Below are positions 18,148-27,732 of a stretch of DNA of 64,000 nt, piece by piece. The stretch's first letter is position 1. Each line of letters starts with the position of its first letter. This DNA is from Vitreimonas sp. Lineage in GTDB: Bacteria > Patescibacteriota > Microgenomatia > UBA1400 > PJMF01. A program made the position numbers and the translations under genes. The stretch is from contig DASPLQ010000012.1 of assembly GCA_035627515.1 (NCBI GenBank), positions 1,276,309 to 1,340,308 of the forward strand. The letters run 5' to 3'. A model generated the notes under the pieces. The model made no database searches and was not told the DNA's origin. It worked only from the letters and a program-made list of their open reading frames with translations.

Positions 18148-18693
18148 TTATAATTTAGTAGCATCAGAGCGTTTGACTCTTACTAACTCAGTCATAAGAT
18201 TGGTGCTTACATACGCTAAAACATCACTATCAGGGTTATAGAGTTCTATCATATCCAAATCTGTCCGATCAAAAACACGAGCCCCACTCATCTTTTTTCC
18301 CTTTGATAATTCATCTTTAAGGTGCTTATATTCTTCAGGCTCTAAGTAAAAATCTACATCACCCACGTGGTGACGATAAGGGTCAGGTTTGCGAATATAC
18401 AAATAGGTATAGCTTGTCTCTGGCATATCTCCCTCGGCTGGAATGATGATTGGCTGGTGTAAACGGAAATACTTTTGATTGAAGTTATCAGATGCCACAG
18501 TGAGCTCTTTTCTTAATTGAATTAATGTTTCATATTCCTCATCATAATGACAAAACACGCCTATATTGCCTGCATTAGGCAAGTAATAACCAAATGATTG
18601 CTGACAAAGTTTGTAGCATTCCACATGAATGTGCTTAATAGCAGCCATTAATTGTGAGTGATTGCTAATAGGGCTAAAGCGATAGAGTTTCAT
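18148..18693 (-). CDS. hypothetical protein
   Basis: 181-aa ORF co-oriented directly after the PhzF gene. Confidence 0.7.
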   Translation of the reverse strand: MKLYRFSPISNHSQLMAAIKHIHVECYKLCQQSFGYYLPNAGNIGVFCHYDEEYETLIQLRKELTVASDNFNQKYFRLHQPIIIPAEGDMPETSYTYLYIRKPDPYRHHVGDVDFYLEPEEYKHLKDELSKGKKMSGARVFDRTDLDMIELYNPDSDVLAYVSTNLMTELVRVKRSDATKL

Positions 18694-18701
18694 AATAAAA
18701 T

Positions 18702-19559
18702 TTAGATATTACTAGTTCCAAATGTCACAGCATAACCTCCCACTCTTACTTCATTATCAATCTCAACGTAAATCTTTCCCGGCTTGTTCATTATATAACC
18801 TTGCTCAATCACAAATGTATTCTTATTAGAAAGGTGGTGATGCACAGCATAGGCACCAAGCGCTCCGCCGGCAACCCCAGTAATGGGATCTTCATTAATA
18901 CCGGCTAAAGGATTGAACTGCCGCGCATGAAAGTCAGAATCATGATCGATAGGATCAGTAGTAAAAGGATAGAAACCCTTGACGCCATGTTGTTTGCAGT
19001 ATTCAGCAATCTCTTTAAGCTGAGGTTGGATAGCAAACAATTGCTCACGTGATTTAATGGGAATCATCAATTTGGGGCTACCCGTGGAAACCGCTTGAGT
19101 AGGATATGCCAAGTCTAGGTCTTCAGATTTTAGTGCCAGTAAAGAAGCCACTTTGTCATTATCATCTATAATTTGAAAGAATTCCGGCTGTGGCTGAGTC
19201 ATTACAATCAACCCATCTTTATAAACAGTGACTGATAACAATCCCGCTTTTGACTCTTGGATAATAGTCACACTGTCCTTACCATCTACATCAATTACAT
19301 TAGCTTCCACCAAAGCATGAAACGTCGCAATCGTAGCATGGCCACACAAATCAACTTCCTGAGTGGGTGTAAAAAAACGGACTTTAAAGTCTGCCTGATC
19401 TGATTTCTGAACAAAGGCTGACTCCGAAAAACCCAACTGAGCAGAAATCTCAAGCATCTGCTCATCTGTCAAACTATTTGCATCTAAAACCACGCCTGCG
19501 GGATTACCCTCAGCTTGATTACGAGTGAAGGCTTTGACAAGTTTTACTGTTAGGGACAT
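18702..19559 (-). CDS. PhzF family epimerase/isomerase
   Basis: AFT..GNPAGVV, FSESAF, RFFTP..EVDLCGHAT, EDPITG. Confidence 0.93.
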   Translation of the reverse strand: MSLTVKLVKAFTRNQAEGNPAGVVLDANSLTDEQMLEISAQLGFSESAFVQKSDQADFKVRFFTPTQEVDLCGHATIATFHALVEANVIDVDGKDSVTIIQESKAGLLSVTVYKDGLIVMTQPQPEFFQIIDDNDKVASLLALKSEDLDLAYPTQAVSTGSPKLMIPIKSREQLFAIQPQLKEIAEYCKQHGVKGFYPFTTDPIDHDSDFHARQFNPLAGINEDPITGVAGGALGAYAVHHHLSNKNTFVIEQGYIMNKPGKIYVEIDNEVRVGGYAVTFGTSNI

Positions 19560-19607
19560 GTTTTTATTATACCGGTTTCAACTCAAAAGAATTGGATTTA
19601 AACTTCT

Positions 19608-20402
19608 TTAGTTAAATCGCGAAATAAGAAACTTAAATATTAAGTAACCTGTAATCATCGATATGATTGTTGATATAAAAGTACCTAAGAATATTCCCAC
19701 AGGTATATACGTCAACCTTACTGAAACTGAATAAACAATAATACTGATAGAAGCTAACATGGCACTTTTTGCCAAGCTTTTACAAAATTCAGCTCCATGA
19801 GACAGATAAGCGATAGTCAAAGTACTTGTAAACATCACCGGGAAGAGAGCCATTACACCTCCTAGCACTGGTCCCCCAACTTTTCCTAAAACAATTGATA
19901 AAACAATAATTAAACCACTCAGTAAACCTCGTGAAGCTACAGCCAAAGCGGAATACGTTAACCTTTTCCCCTCCACGACTTTAACCTCAACAATATATTC
20001 CATGTAAAAAAATGACAGTGAAGTTAAAAGAAAATAACTGAAAAAACTTAAAAAATAGTTGTGAAAGGACCCAGACAATGCAATAAAGGTCAGTATTGCC
20101 CAACTTAGTATTGAAATACACAAAGCTCGTATAAGTCCCAAAGGTAAAGATGCTACAAAAATGGCTAGAAATAAGCTTCCAATGCCGCCAATTAAAGGAA
20201 TAATCGAGGTAGCGGCGATCGCTGCCTGAGGAGATTGCGTCCAACCAATAAAAAATAACCCAAACAAAAGTGTCGAAGGCAAGCCAGTAACAAGGCCACC
20301 TATCTTAGGACCTAGTTTATCTGCTAAATATGTGGCCAGTATTACCCAGGACCCACCAATAAGAAAAGCCAACACTAATTTTATTAGAAAAAGAGTATCC
20401 AT
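19608..20402 (-). CDS. DUF3147-like membrane protein (internal duplication)
   Basis: Two related halves: GPKIGGLVTGLP and GPVLGGVMALFP. Confidence 0.7.
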   Translation of the reverse strand: MDTLFLIKLVLAFLIGGSWVILATYLADKLGPKIGGLVTGLPSTLLFGLFFIGWTQSPQAAIAATSIIPLIGGIGSLFLAIFVASLPLGLIRALCISILSWAILTFIALSGSFHNYFLSFFSYFLLTSLSFFYMEYIVEVKVVEGKRLTYSALAVASRGLLSGLIIVLSIVLGKVGGPVLGGVMALFPVMFTSTLTIAYLSHGAEFCKSLAKSAMLASISIIVYSVSVRLTYIPVGIFLGTFISTIISMITGYLIFKFLISRFN

Positions 20403-20441
20403 TATCTAGATTTTTAGGATGGTGACAGTGCTTTAGCTCTG

Positions 20442-20513
20442 AGCGGGTGAAGGGAGTCGAACCCTCGTCACCAGTTTGGAAAACTGGAGCTCTGACCGTT
20501 GAGCTACACCCGC
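20442..20513 (-). tRNA. trnG: tRNA-Gly (TCC)
   Basis: GCGGGTGTAGCTCAACGGTCAGAGC-TCCAGTT TCC AAACTGG-...GGGTTCGACTCCC-TTCACCCGC-T cloverleaf; no encoded CCA. Confidence 0.95.
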
Positions 20514-20573
20514 AAGAGTTGTATTGTACCTAGTTTCATGCGGAAACTCTAGTATCTGTGATTACTTATATAC

Positions 20574-21599
20574 CTACTTCTGCCGCCTGATAAACTCAAG
20601 CGTCGCAAACTCAATTGGTTTAAGGTGGTGAGCTGACCGTGGCTGGGTAGGGTAGTCGTGTAAATATTCTTGGAGAGCAGTGATTAATTTGCCGGCTAGG
20701 TAAGATTCCGGAACTAGGGGATGGACGTAATACTTGCGGCAAGTTGCCGGACGATTACCTAAGCGTTCAGCCACCACTTTAATTGTTTGAACTATATTTC
20801 TTTTCAATTGAGCTTCTTCCTCACATGGCTCACATGCTTGGAATTGTTCCGTGGCCAGCGTCGTGCCACCCCACGTCCGGAAGTCTTTAGCGGTGATGTC
20901 AGCATTCGTTAGAGACTGCAGGTAGTCATTGACGTCACCTGAGTGAATGGCGTGGTGCTGACCATTTTCATCTAGATATTGAAACAATTGATAACCAGGA
21001 ATTTCTTGGCTGGCTTTCACAATTTTCACTAAGCGTGGATTATCAACAGTGATGACGTGATCAACACCACTTTTACCGCGGAAATCGAAGACTATTTCGG
21101 TGGATTTTATCTTGGCATGTTTATCTCGCAGCGTCGTGAGGCCATATGACTTATTTTGTTGGGCATATTCTTCGTTACCAATTCGAATTAATGTCGTTTC
21201 CATCAACGCCACAATTGCGGCAATCACCTTTTGCTTACTCAAGCCCGAATCGCGCAAATGACCAGCTACGGTTTCCCGAATATTGGGTAACTGTTCACCA
21301 AAAAACACCATCTTATCGAATTTGTGTTGTTGTTGATGTTGTGACCACTCAGGATGATAACGATATTGTTTACGGCCTTTGCTATCGTAACCAGTAGCTT
21401 GTAAATGAGTACGCGGATCGGGCGAAATCCAGACATTTTGCCAAGCGGGAGGAATGACTAAGCTTTTGATACGCTCCAAGGAAACAGGGTCTATAATGCG
21501 CTGTTGGGATTCATCTAAATAAATGAAGTGCTGACCCTTTTTTTGCCGTTGGAAACCGGAGGGTCTTTCTGAGAGATACGTAATTGTAAAATTTGACAT
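20574..21599 (-). CDS. bacterial DNA topoisomerase IB
   Basis: IPPAWQNVWI, GRKQYRYH, IRIGN, F.GKSG, KDFRTW, LGNRPATCRKYYVHP. Confidence 0.93.
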   Translation of the reverse strand: MSNFTITYLSERPSGFQRQKKGQHFIYLDESQQRIIDPVSLERIKSLVIPPAWQNVWISPDPRTHLQATGYDSKGRKQYRYHPEWSQHQQQHKFDKMVFFGEQLPNIRETVAGHLRDSGLSKQKVIAAIVALMETTLIRIGNEEYAQQNKSYGLTTLRDKHAKIKSTEIVFDFRGKSGVDHVITVDNPRLVKIVKASQEIPGYQLFQYLDENGQHHAIHSGDVNDYLQSLTNADITAKDFRTWGGTTLATEQFQACEPCEEEAQLKRNIVQTIKVVAERLGNRPATCRKYYVHPLVPESYLAGKLITALQEYLHDYPTQPRSAHHLKPIEFATLEFIRRQK

Positions 21600-21619
21600 C
21601 AATACTATCCTCTATAACG

Positions 21620-22567
21620 TTATTTCATAAAAATGGCTCGTAACTGTCGTCGTAACGCACTCGTAAAAGCTTCATCAAATTTATTTTTGGCTATATATTT
21701 TTCTATGCCGGCACGCCGACGCTGAACCCGTGGCTGGTCATCCGAATCTGCTGAGGTCAACGATCTCGACTGGCGAAGCTCGTTTCTAGCCTTATTAAAG
21801 TAATCATAATGCTCGAGCTGGTTCTCAATAATTGGAATATATTTAGTTGCATTAAACACGGAAAAGCCTGGGAATTGCTGATGAAGAAACCTTAAGGTAT
21901 TCAAAGTTACTGCATTAGCATTTCGTTCTTTATTTGATTTTGTGAAAATATTCTGAGCTTTCTCATACTCACTAATGGCCGCATGGCCATTTTCATGTAG
22001 GTTTTTAAAGATAGTTTCCCAGCTCTCTCCCACTTTAACAGAGTTTAATACTTTCCGACCATAGATATCATGCTCCGAACTAATATCAGCAAACGTGAGT
22101 AAGTTTTCTCGGGGTTCTCCCAAACGAAAACGTAGTAAATCTATGCTGTTTTCTTCCAAATCATCAGCAACTAATAAATGTTCTAAATGAAAGGCGAGTG
22201 GTTGCCCATGATAAATTCCTGATGAACCAATTAATCCTGGTTTTACAATTGCCTTCAAATGTGAGCCTAACTCTAAAATAAAAAAAAGCTCTCCTTGTTT
22301 TCTTAATGCTCCCAGACAAGGCAGTGGTTCAACAGTGGTTCTGTCCATCACCGTCAAAGTGTCACTATGTTCAGTCTCTTGATAGCGGGAGATCAATTGA
22401 TATTGTTGATCAAACTCTGTTACCTCACCCTGAACATTACCTAATGATTCAGGTTCAAAACCGAGGGTATTTACTACCTGCTCAAAACTACCCCTCAGCA
22501 ACTCCGGACTAGCCAGTTTAGCTGGGGAAGTCTCAAAAATACTTATTTCTGAAGATGCCGTAAACAT
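21620..22567 (-). CDS. hypothetical protein with HExxH motif
   Basis: NLHENGHA...ERNANA zincin-like pattern. Confidence 0.65.
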   Translation of the reverse strand: MFTASSEISIFETSPAKLASPELLRGSFEQVVNTLGFEPESLGNVQGEVTEFDQQYQLISRYQETEHSDTLTVMDRTTVEPLPCLGALRKQGELFFILELGSHLKAIVKPGLIGSSGIYHGQPLAFHLEHLLVADDLEENSIDLLRFRLGEPRENLLTFADISSEHDIYGRKVLNSVKVGESWETIFKNLHENGHAAISEYEKAQNIFTKSNKERNANAVTLNTLRFLHQQFPGFSVFNATKYIPIIENQLEHYDYFNKARNELRQSRSLTSADSDDQPRVQRRRAGIEKYIAKNKFDEAFTSALRRQLRAIFMK

Positions 22568-22588
22568 ACTAGCCTTAGAGTACCATTT

Positions 22589-23878
22589 TTAGCCGAGCCG
22601 ACTCAATTGATAATCTTTATCTCCCAAGAAACCCGTCACTTCCGGTTTGATGATGCTGTCATAATCTATCAATAAAGCTGAGCGAATCGCAAACAACCCA
22701 TGTTTAAAAATAATTTTATCTAAAGCTGCGGAGAGTTTTTCACGCTGATGCCATTCTGGCCACAGTACTTGCGGCATTTCCCCCCAAGGGTGTAAGCCTG
22801 TGAGACGGACGCTGCACTTCACAATCGGAAACGTGCGCTGCCAGGGTTGGTACAACTGGTAATAAATTAAATCAAACATTTCCTGAGTATGCCGTACAGG
22901 GTGTGGAGTTTTCATTTCTCGCCCCCAGCGTTGGCCATTGTGACCGCGTAGAGAAATTCCTACCCGCCAGCCTGCTAAGTTGAGCTTGCGGACCTTATAA
23001 ATGACTTCATCAATCAAGTTATAGAGAATGCGCTTAATCGTATCTTCATCGTTCCACAATTTGTAACAGGTCAGTGATCGACCCACCATTTGCATATGAG
23101 CCACCCGGCGCGGTTGGTTGAAAAAATGAGGTTCTTCACCCTGACCGATCTTACGCAACTGCACTGACCAAAACGGTCCAAACTCCCGTTCTAGTTCAGT
23201 ATCAGGAATAAAATTAATTTGAAAAGGAGTGGTGACTCCAAATCGCTGTAACCGCTCAGCTAAACGAAACCCTACTCCACACACATCTTCAAAACCCACC
23301 CGAGCTAATAACGCGTCTTTATTATCTGGAGTAACCTCGGTAATGCTGCCTTTTGGTGACACCTCACTGGTCATTTTTGCCAGCAAACGGTTGTGACTGA
23401 TACCGACATTACACGTTACCCATTCACCGAGCGTGTCTTTGATTTTGGCTTGTAACAAGCGCGCAAAATCCCAGGCATCAGGGTATAACGTGCGTGAATA
23501 CGTCAGATTGATAAATGCTTCATCGAGGGAAAAAATGTCAACATCGGGACTTAAAGAATCAAAGAGTTTTTTTAAGCGTGTGGTAGCAGAGAGATAAAGA
23601 TCAAAATTGGCTGGTACAGTCATAAGGTCAGGTGCTAAACGTAAGGCTTCGGTTAAGTAACAACCCGTTTTGACACCAAGTTTTTTAGCTTCCTTAGATG
23701 AAGCAATTACACACGTACGACCTAAATCCTTCACCACTCCAATCGGCTTACCTCTCAGAGCGGGATTTTCTTGTTGCAAGAGCGTGGCAAAGTAAGAGTT
23801 GATATCGACGTGCACCCAACGGGCAGGAGGACCCTGAGCGTCTGGTTCAATAAGGGAAAGTGGCTTTACAAAACTCAT
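22589..23878 (-). CDS. dinB: Y-family DNA polymerase IV (DinB)
   Basis: HVDINSYFA, IASSKEAK..GVKTG, FSLDEAF, NRLLAKM; ATG 23878 overlaps the upstream TGA. Confidence 0.92.
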   Translation of the reverse strand: MSFVKPLSLIEPDAQGPPARWVHVDINSYFATLLQQENPALRGKPIGVVKDLGRTCVIASSKEAKKLGVKTGCYLTEALRLAPDLMTVPANFDLYLSATTRLKKLFDSLSPDVDIFSLDEAFINLTYSRTLYPDAWDFARLLQAKIKDTLGEWVTCNVGISHNRLLAKMTSEVSPKGSITEVTPDNKDALLARVGFEDVCGVGFRLAERLQRFGVTTPFQINFIPDTELEREFGPFWSVQLRKIGQGEEPHFFNQPRRVAHMQMVGRSLTCYKLWNDEDTIKRILYNLIDEVIYKVRKLNLAGWRVGISLRGHNGQRWGREMKTPHPVRHTQEMFDLIYYQLYQPWQRTFPIVKCSVRLTGLHPWGEMPQVLWPEWHQREKLSAALDKIIFKHGLFAIRSALLIDYDSIIKPEVTGFLGDKDYQLSRLG

Positions 23879-24132
23879 CACACTCCTTCCTCTACCCATA
23901 CTTCTTCTAACATCCAAAACTCCCCATCACGGTGGAACAAAAGTCGATACAGATTTCCTTTGACTAAAACTGAGTAAAGACGGCGCTTAACTCCCCCATC
24001 TTTAATATCAGCAATCGAAGTAATTTTTTCTACTTTCAAGACTCGATCTCGCCATTGGAATTTAACAGGTTTAAAGGTAGAGTGAGAGTAGACCCCAATC
24101 ACGTCAATCTTTTCGTGAATTGTTTGGTACAT
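23878..24132 (-). CDS. small beta-rich protein translationally coupled to dinB (DUF6504-like)
   Basis: KPVKFQWRDR...YRLLFHRDGEFWML; TGATG overlap with dinB. Confidence 0.75.
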   Translation of the reverse strand: MYQTIHEKIDVIGVYSHSTFKPVKFQWRDRVLKVEKITSIADIKDGGVKRRLYSVLVKGNLYRLLFHRDGEFWMLEEVWVEEGV

Positions 24133-24138
24133 AGTCCT

Positions 24139-24169
24139 ATGGTAACACGAAGAATCCCCGAATCGTCAA
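24139..24169 (-). promoter_or_regulatory. promoter of the dinB unit with internal direct repeat
   Basis: Minus strand TTGACG-N19-TACCAT, 6 nt before ATG 24132; TTCGG-N6-TTCGT in the spacer. Confidence 0.5.
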
Positions 24170-25368
24170 CCTGGCAGTTAGTGCTACTTTACTTATCTAA
24201 ACCGCTCATAGTAGGTCTCATTAACTTAGCGTTAGTACTAATAATTGGGGCAGTTCTGCAGCGTCTCCAGGTAGTGACAATGCTCACCGGCGGTCAGCCT
24301 TTACCTGACTTCGATGCCTACTATGAAATAGTCCGCCAAGTATGGCTGGGAAACCATCCCTATCGCATCTCCACAATGCAGACTTTAGGCCCACCCCTAG
24401 TGATTGTGCCCTTTTTGCCATTTGGCTTGATATCTATTGAACTGGGGCGAAGTTTCCTGACTTTACTCAGTTTGGGCTCAGTGGGAGCAACAGGATGGAG
24501 GTTGGCAGGAACATGGACTAAAAACCATCGTTCTCGCCTCACAGGAAGCTTGGTGTTAGTAGTGATACTACTGACTTCATTTCCGGCTCGGTTTACGTTG
24601 AGCATGGGTCAACCCAATTTAATTATCGCGTGGTTGGTGACCTTGTTTTTAACGACGGATAACCAGTTTAAAAGGGGAGCTAGCTTAGCTTTAGCAGCGA
24701 TTATTAAAACGTTTTATGGATTCCCAGCCTTGAGCCTGCTGCGATTTGATGGAAAGAGTTGGGTGAGTTTTTGCTTGGTTTTTGGATCAGTGTTGTTACT
24801 CAGTTTGCCATGGATTAGGCCGCATTATTATCTGGATTTTGCTACTCAGAACTTTGTAAGTCTGGTAACTAGTACTCAACCTGCAGTTGATATGGATTAC
24901 TATAATCAATCACTAAAAAGTACTTTTGGTCGATTTAACGCAATTGATTTTTACCAGCCAGCCATGGTGGGGTTCTTGAGTGTCAGTAGTCTGTATTTAT
25001 TAATGCGCAAAAATTACCCAGCTGCCATTGTCCTGTCGCTGATTTTGTCACCAGTGATTTGGATTCATTATTTTGTGGTCTTATTTCCGGTGATAGTGGG
25101 GTTAGGGGCGATCGTTAAAGAAGGGTATTACCCACTGCGACCAAAACTATTTTTAAGTTTAGTCCTGTTTGTAGCGAGCTACCTGTGGTGGACAGAGTTT
25201 CCCTGGATACACCAGGCCTCAAAAAATATCTTTACTGCTTTATTAGCCAGTCATTATTTGATCAGCGCCGGGTTGGTTTTAGGATTATGCGTGGGAATGG
25301 AGCATACTCTTCCTCACGGTCTCAATTTCCTAGTGACACAAAATGGTACTAAAAAAGACACTCATTAG
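24139..25368 (+). CDS. GT87/DUF2029 family GT-C membrane glycosyltransferase (start uncertain)
   Basis: PDFDAYY, GNHPY, GPP, MGQPN, AAIIK, YNQSL, SPVIWIHY; many TM helices. Confidence 0.8.
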   Translation: MVTRRIPESSTWQLVLLYLSKPLIVGLINLALVLIIGAVLQRLQVVTMLTGGQPLPDFDAYYEIVRQVWLGNHPYRISTMQTLGPPLVIVPFLPFGLISIELGRSFLTLLSLGSVGATGWRLAGTWTKNHRSRLTGSLVLVVILLTSFPARFTLSMGQPNLIIAWLVTLFLTTDNQFKRGASLALAAIIKTFYGFPALSLLRFDGKSWVSFCLVFGSVLLLSLPWIRPHYYLDFATQNFVSLVTSTQPAVDMDYYNQSLKSTFGRFNAIDFYQPAMVGFLSVSSLYLLMRKNYPAAIVLSLILSPVIWIHYFVVLFPVIVGLGAIVKEGYYPLRPKLFLSLVLFVASYLWWTEFPWIHQASKNIFTALLASHYLISAGLVLGLCVGMEHTLPHGLNFLVTQNGTKKDTH

Positions 25369-25434
25369 AGCGGCCTCACTACCAGATTTCCCTTTTAACC
25401 TTGTTAAAAAATAGTATATAATCCGTGAGTGTTA

Positions 25435-25518
25435 GCCTCGATGGCGGAACTGGTAGACGCGCGAGACTTAAAATCTCGTTCCCGCAAGGGAGTGTGGGTT
25501 CGATTCCCTCTCGAGGCA
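25435..25518 (+). tRNA. trnL: tRNA-Leu (TAA)
   Basis: GCCTCGA acceptor; CGAGA-CT TAA AA-TCTCG anticodon arm; long variable arm TCCC-GCAA-GGGA; GGTTCGATTCC; no CCA. Confidence 0.95.
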
Positions 25519-25559
25519 CAAGGCTAACTACACTTTAACATCCTAATCATTTTTCCACT

Positions 25560-25634
25560 CGGGGAGTAGCTCAGATGGCTTAGAGCGCGCGCTTTGGGAG
25601 CGTGAGGTCGCAGGTTCGAGCCCTGTCTCCCCGA
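25560..25634 (+). tRNA. trnP: tRNA-Pro (TGG)
   Basis: CGGGGAG/CTCCCCG acceptor; CGCGC-TT TGG GA-GCGTG; GGTTCGAGCCC; no CCA. Confidence 0.95.
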
Positions 25635-25750
25635 CACAGTAGGGTTGTTTTTGAAATTTAAAGAATTCTTCATCGACCTGTAACTTGTTCTCGTCGTCAC
25701 ATGTATCTTGTAAGAATGAATTTTCAGTAAGTGCTTATAATTAATTTTAT

Positions 25751-26176
25751 ATGACACAATTTTTAAATATTATTTTAGGCATATGGTCTGCTATCGCAAC
25801 CATAATATCAATTTGGCAATTACTAGACGCAAGAAAGCATGCCGAAAGAAACAAAGCTCAAGTTAAGATTTGGCTGTATTGGGCACAAGCTTTACAAATA
25901 TCTCTATATAGAATAGTGCAAGATAATCTTGATAAGAGATATTCTTCAACTTCTGATATTGCGAACGCTGTTTGGTCACTTGAAACTATTGCTAATGGTC
26001 TAAGACAATCACTTTTTGATGAAAGAATTTATACAGAAAGTGAATATAAGAAAGAACAAAAGGAAATAATGGAGATGGTAAAGAAAAATAAAGAAGCTGA
26101 ACATAAAGTAAACCTAGAGCCTTTAAAGTTTCATGAAAAAAAATCAGGCGTTAGTCCTCATAAAAGAAAAAAATGA
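25751..26176 (+). CDS. AT-rich hypothetical protein with N-terminal TM
   Basis: 141-aa ORF downstream of tRNA-Pro; visibly lower GC than flanks. Confidence 0.65.
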   Translation: MTQFLNIILGIWSAIATIISIWQLLDARKHAERNKAQVKIWLYWAQALQISLYRIVQDNLDKRYSSTSDIANAVWSLETIANGLRQSLFDERIYTESEYKKEQKEIMEMVKKNKEAEHKVNLEPLKFHEKKSGVSPHKRKK

Positions 26177-26341
26177 TTTGTAATAAACAGTTTGTATAAT
26201 TAGTAACTAATCATTAATATACAAGCTGAGATACTAGTCATTATTCAGGATGAAAACAATTTGCTTCTTAAGATAGTATCTAACACTTTAATACAAACTA
26301 GCTAACAGCAAGTGAAATAGTGTTAAAATGTCACCCATCCT

Positions 26342-27310
26342 ATGCATAAAGAACAGTTGAGTGTTCCCGAGATCCTGATTCATCCTCATCGGAAGAAAAC
26401 TTTAAATCAACAAATTACTGAAACACTGCAACAAGGCATGCGACGCATTTACTTGGAAGGGGAATTTTGTGCACCTGAGCCGCAATTTAGTTTCTTGAGT
26501 CTTAACTCACCAGACCTTATAGAAATCATCGGCAATGGCCACACAGTAATTAATGGAGAAGGACAAACTGCACACTTAGTCTTTGTGGGGGATCAGACTA
26601 AACTTAAGCTATCCGGAATTCACTTTACTGGAGGAAATACCCAAGACTTAAACACGTTGCAATCATTAACCAATCATCCTCAGCAGCGCTTAAATATCTT
26701 TCGGTACTTGGATGGAGCGGCTATCACCATGGGCATGGGTTCACAATTGAGTCTAGAAAACTGTGTCTTTAGTCAGAACTCATCAGCCATTTGCGGGGGA
26801 GCTATCTCCAACCTTGGAGGGCATTTACACGCTTACAACTGCCGATTTGAGTCCAATACTGCTGGGGACACAGGAGCAGCTATTGATAACTTAGCTGCAG
26901 GTTCTTTGAGCATTATTGATAATTGTCATTTCATTCATAACGAAGCCAACCAACTTGGAGAAGGTAACTCAGGTGCCATTACTGCTTTTCCTGACACATA
27001 TCTCATCGTCAAAGACTGCGACTTCTTTCAAAGTTGCTCACCTGCAGTTGATTATCGACCTAACGCTGCAGGGCGCATTTTCACCTTCGTTCACCGGAGT
27101 ACTACTCTCAATAAAGACCCTCGCTTAGGCGTGATTAAAAATCCGGTTTCCAATGCCAGTGTTAAAAAAGAAATTCTGAGAAGATATCTCCAGCTGTTAA
27201 CTACACACCCAACCTTGGTTAAACTGCAGGCAATTCCCAAAGCTTCGAAAAATCTTGCCGCTCAACACTGGCGAGAGTATCAGCAACTTATCGATGAATT
27301 AACAGTTTAA
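26342..27310 (+). CDS. right-handed beta-helix (Pmp-like repeat) protein
   Basis: DGAAI, FSQN..CGGAI, FESN..TGAAI, FIHN..SGAI repeats. Confidence 0.75.
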   Translation: MHKEQLSVPEILIHPHRKKTLNQQITETLQQGMRRIYLEGEFCAPEPQFSFLSLNSPDLIEIIGNGHTVINGEGQTAHLVFVGDQTKLKLSGIHFTGGNTQDLNTLQSLTNHPQQRLNIFRYLDGAAITMGMGSQLSLENCVFSQNSSAICGGAISNLGGHLHAYNCRFESNTAGDTGAAIDNLAAGSLSIIDNCHFIHNEANQLGEGNSGAITAFPDTYLIVKDCDFFQSCSPAVDYRPNAAGRIFTFVHRSTTLNKDPRLGVIKNPVSNASVKKEILRRYLQLLTTHPTLVKLQAIPKASKNLAAQHWREYQQLIDELTV

Positions 27311-27326
27311 ATGCTACAATCTCCCT

Positions 27327-27731
27327 ATGAAATCATCTCTCTATCACCTTCAACTTAATATCGATTTTGCACACTTGAGCTTTTACAAAGAGCTGATGAC
27401 GCTGCTGGGTTGGCAACCGATTTTTGAAAATGAGTACGTAAGTGGTTTTACGAGTGGGGCGAATGGGGATCTGTGGTTTGCCAATGGCGAAAAGAAGGTG
27501 GTCAATGATTATGATAACTTAGGCCTGAATCACATAGGTATTAAAGTAGATAGACTCCATGACGTCGATGAAGTGGTTAGTTTCATCGAGCAGCATAATC
27601 TGACTCCGTTATTTGAAACACCTCGCCACCGCCCTGAATTTAGTGCAGGTGACGACCAAACGTATTATCAAGTGATGTTTAAAACAGCGGATAATATTTT
27701 ATTTGAAGTGGTGTACGTAGGTAAAAAATAA
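27327..27731 (+). CDS. VOC/glyoxalase family protein
   Basis: YHLQLNI, FYKELM..LGW, GLNHIGI, YYQVMF...DNILFEVV. Confidence 0.85.
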   Translation: MKSSLYHLQLNIDFAHLSFYKELMTLLGWQPIFENEYVSGFTSGANGDLWFANGEKKVVNDYDNLGLNHIGIKVDRLHDVDEVVSFIEQHNLTPLFETPRHRPEFSAGDDQTYYQVMFKTADNILFEVVYVGKK

Positions 27732-27732
27732 T

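Noticed and set aside
25428-25534. Leader/trailer complementarity around tRNA-Leu (TTAGCCT / AGGCTAA) as an att site
   Set aside because: Only about 7 bp, partly within the acceptor stem, and no integrase.
25524-25757. 77-aa minus-strand ORF
   Set aside because: Antisense shadow of tRNA-Pro (GRQGSNLRPHAPKARAL is typical tRNA antisense translation).
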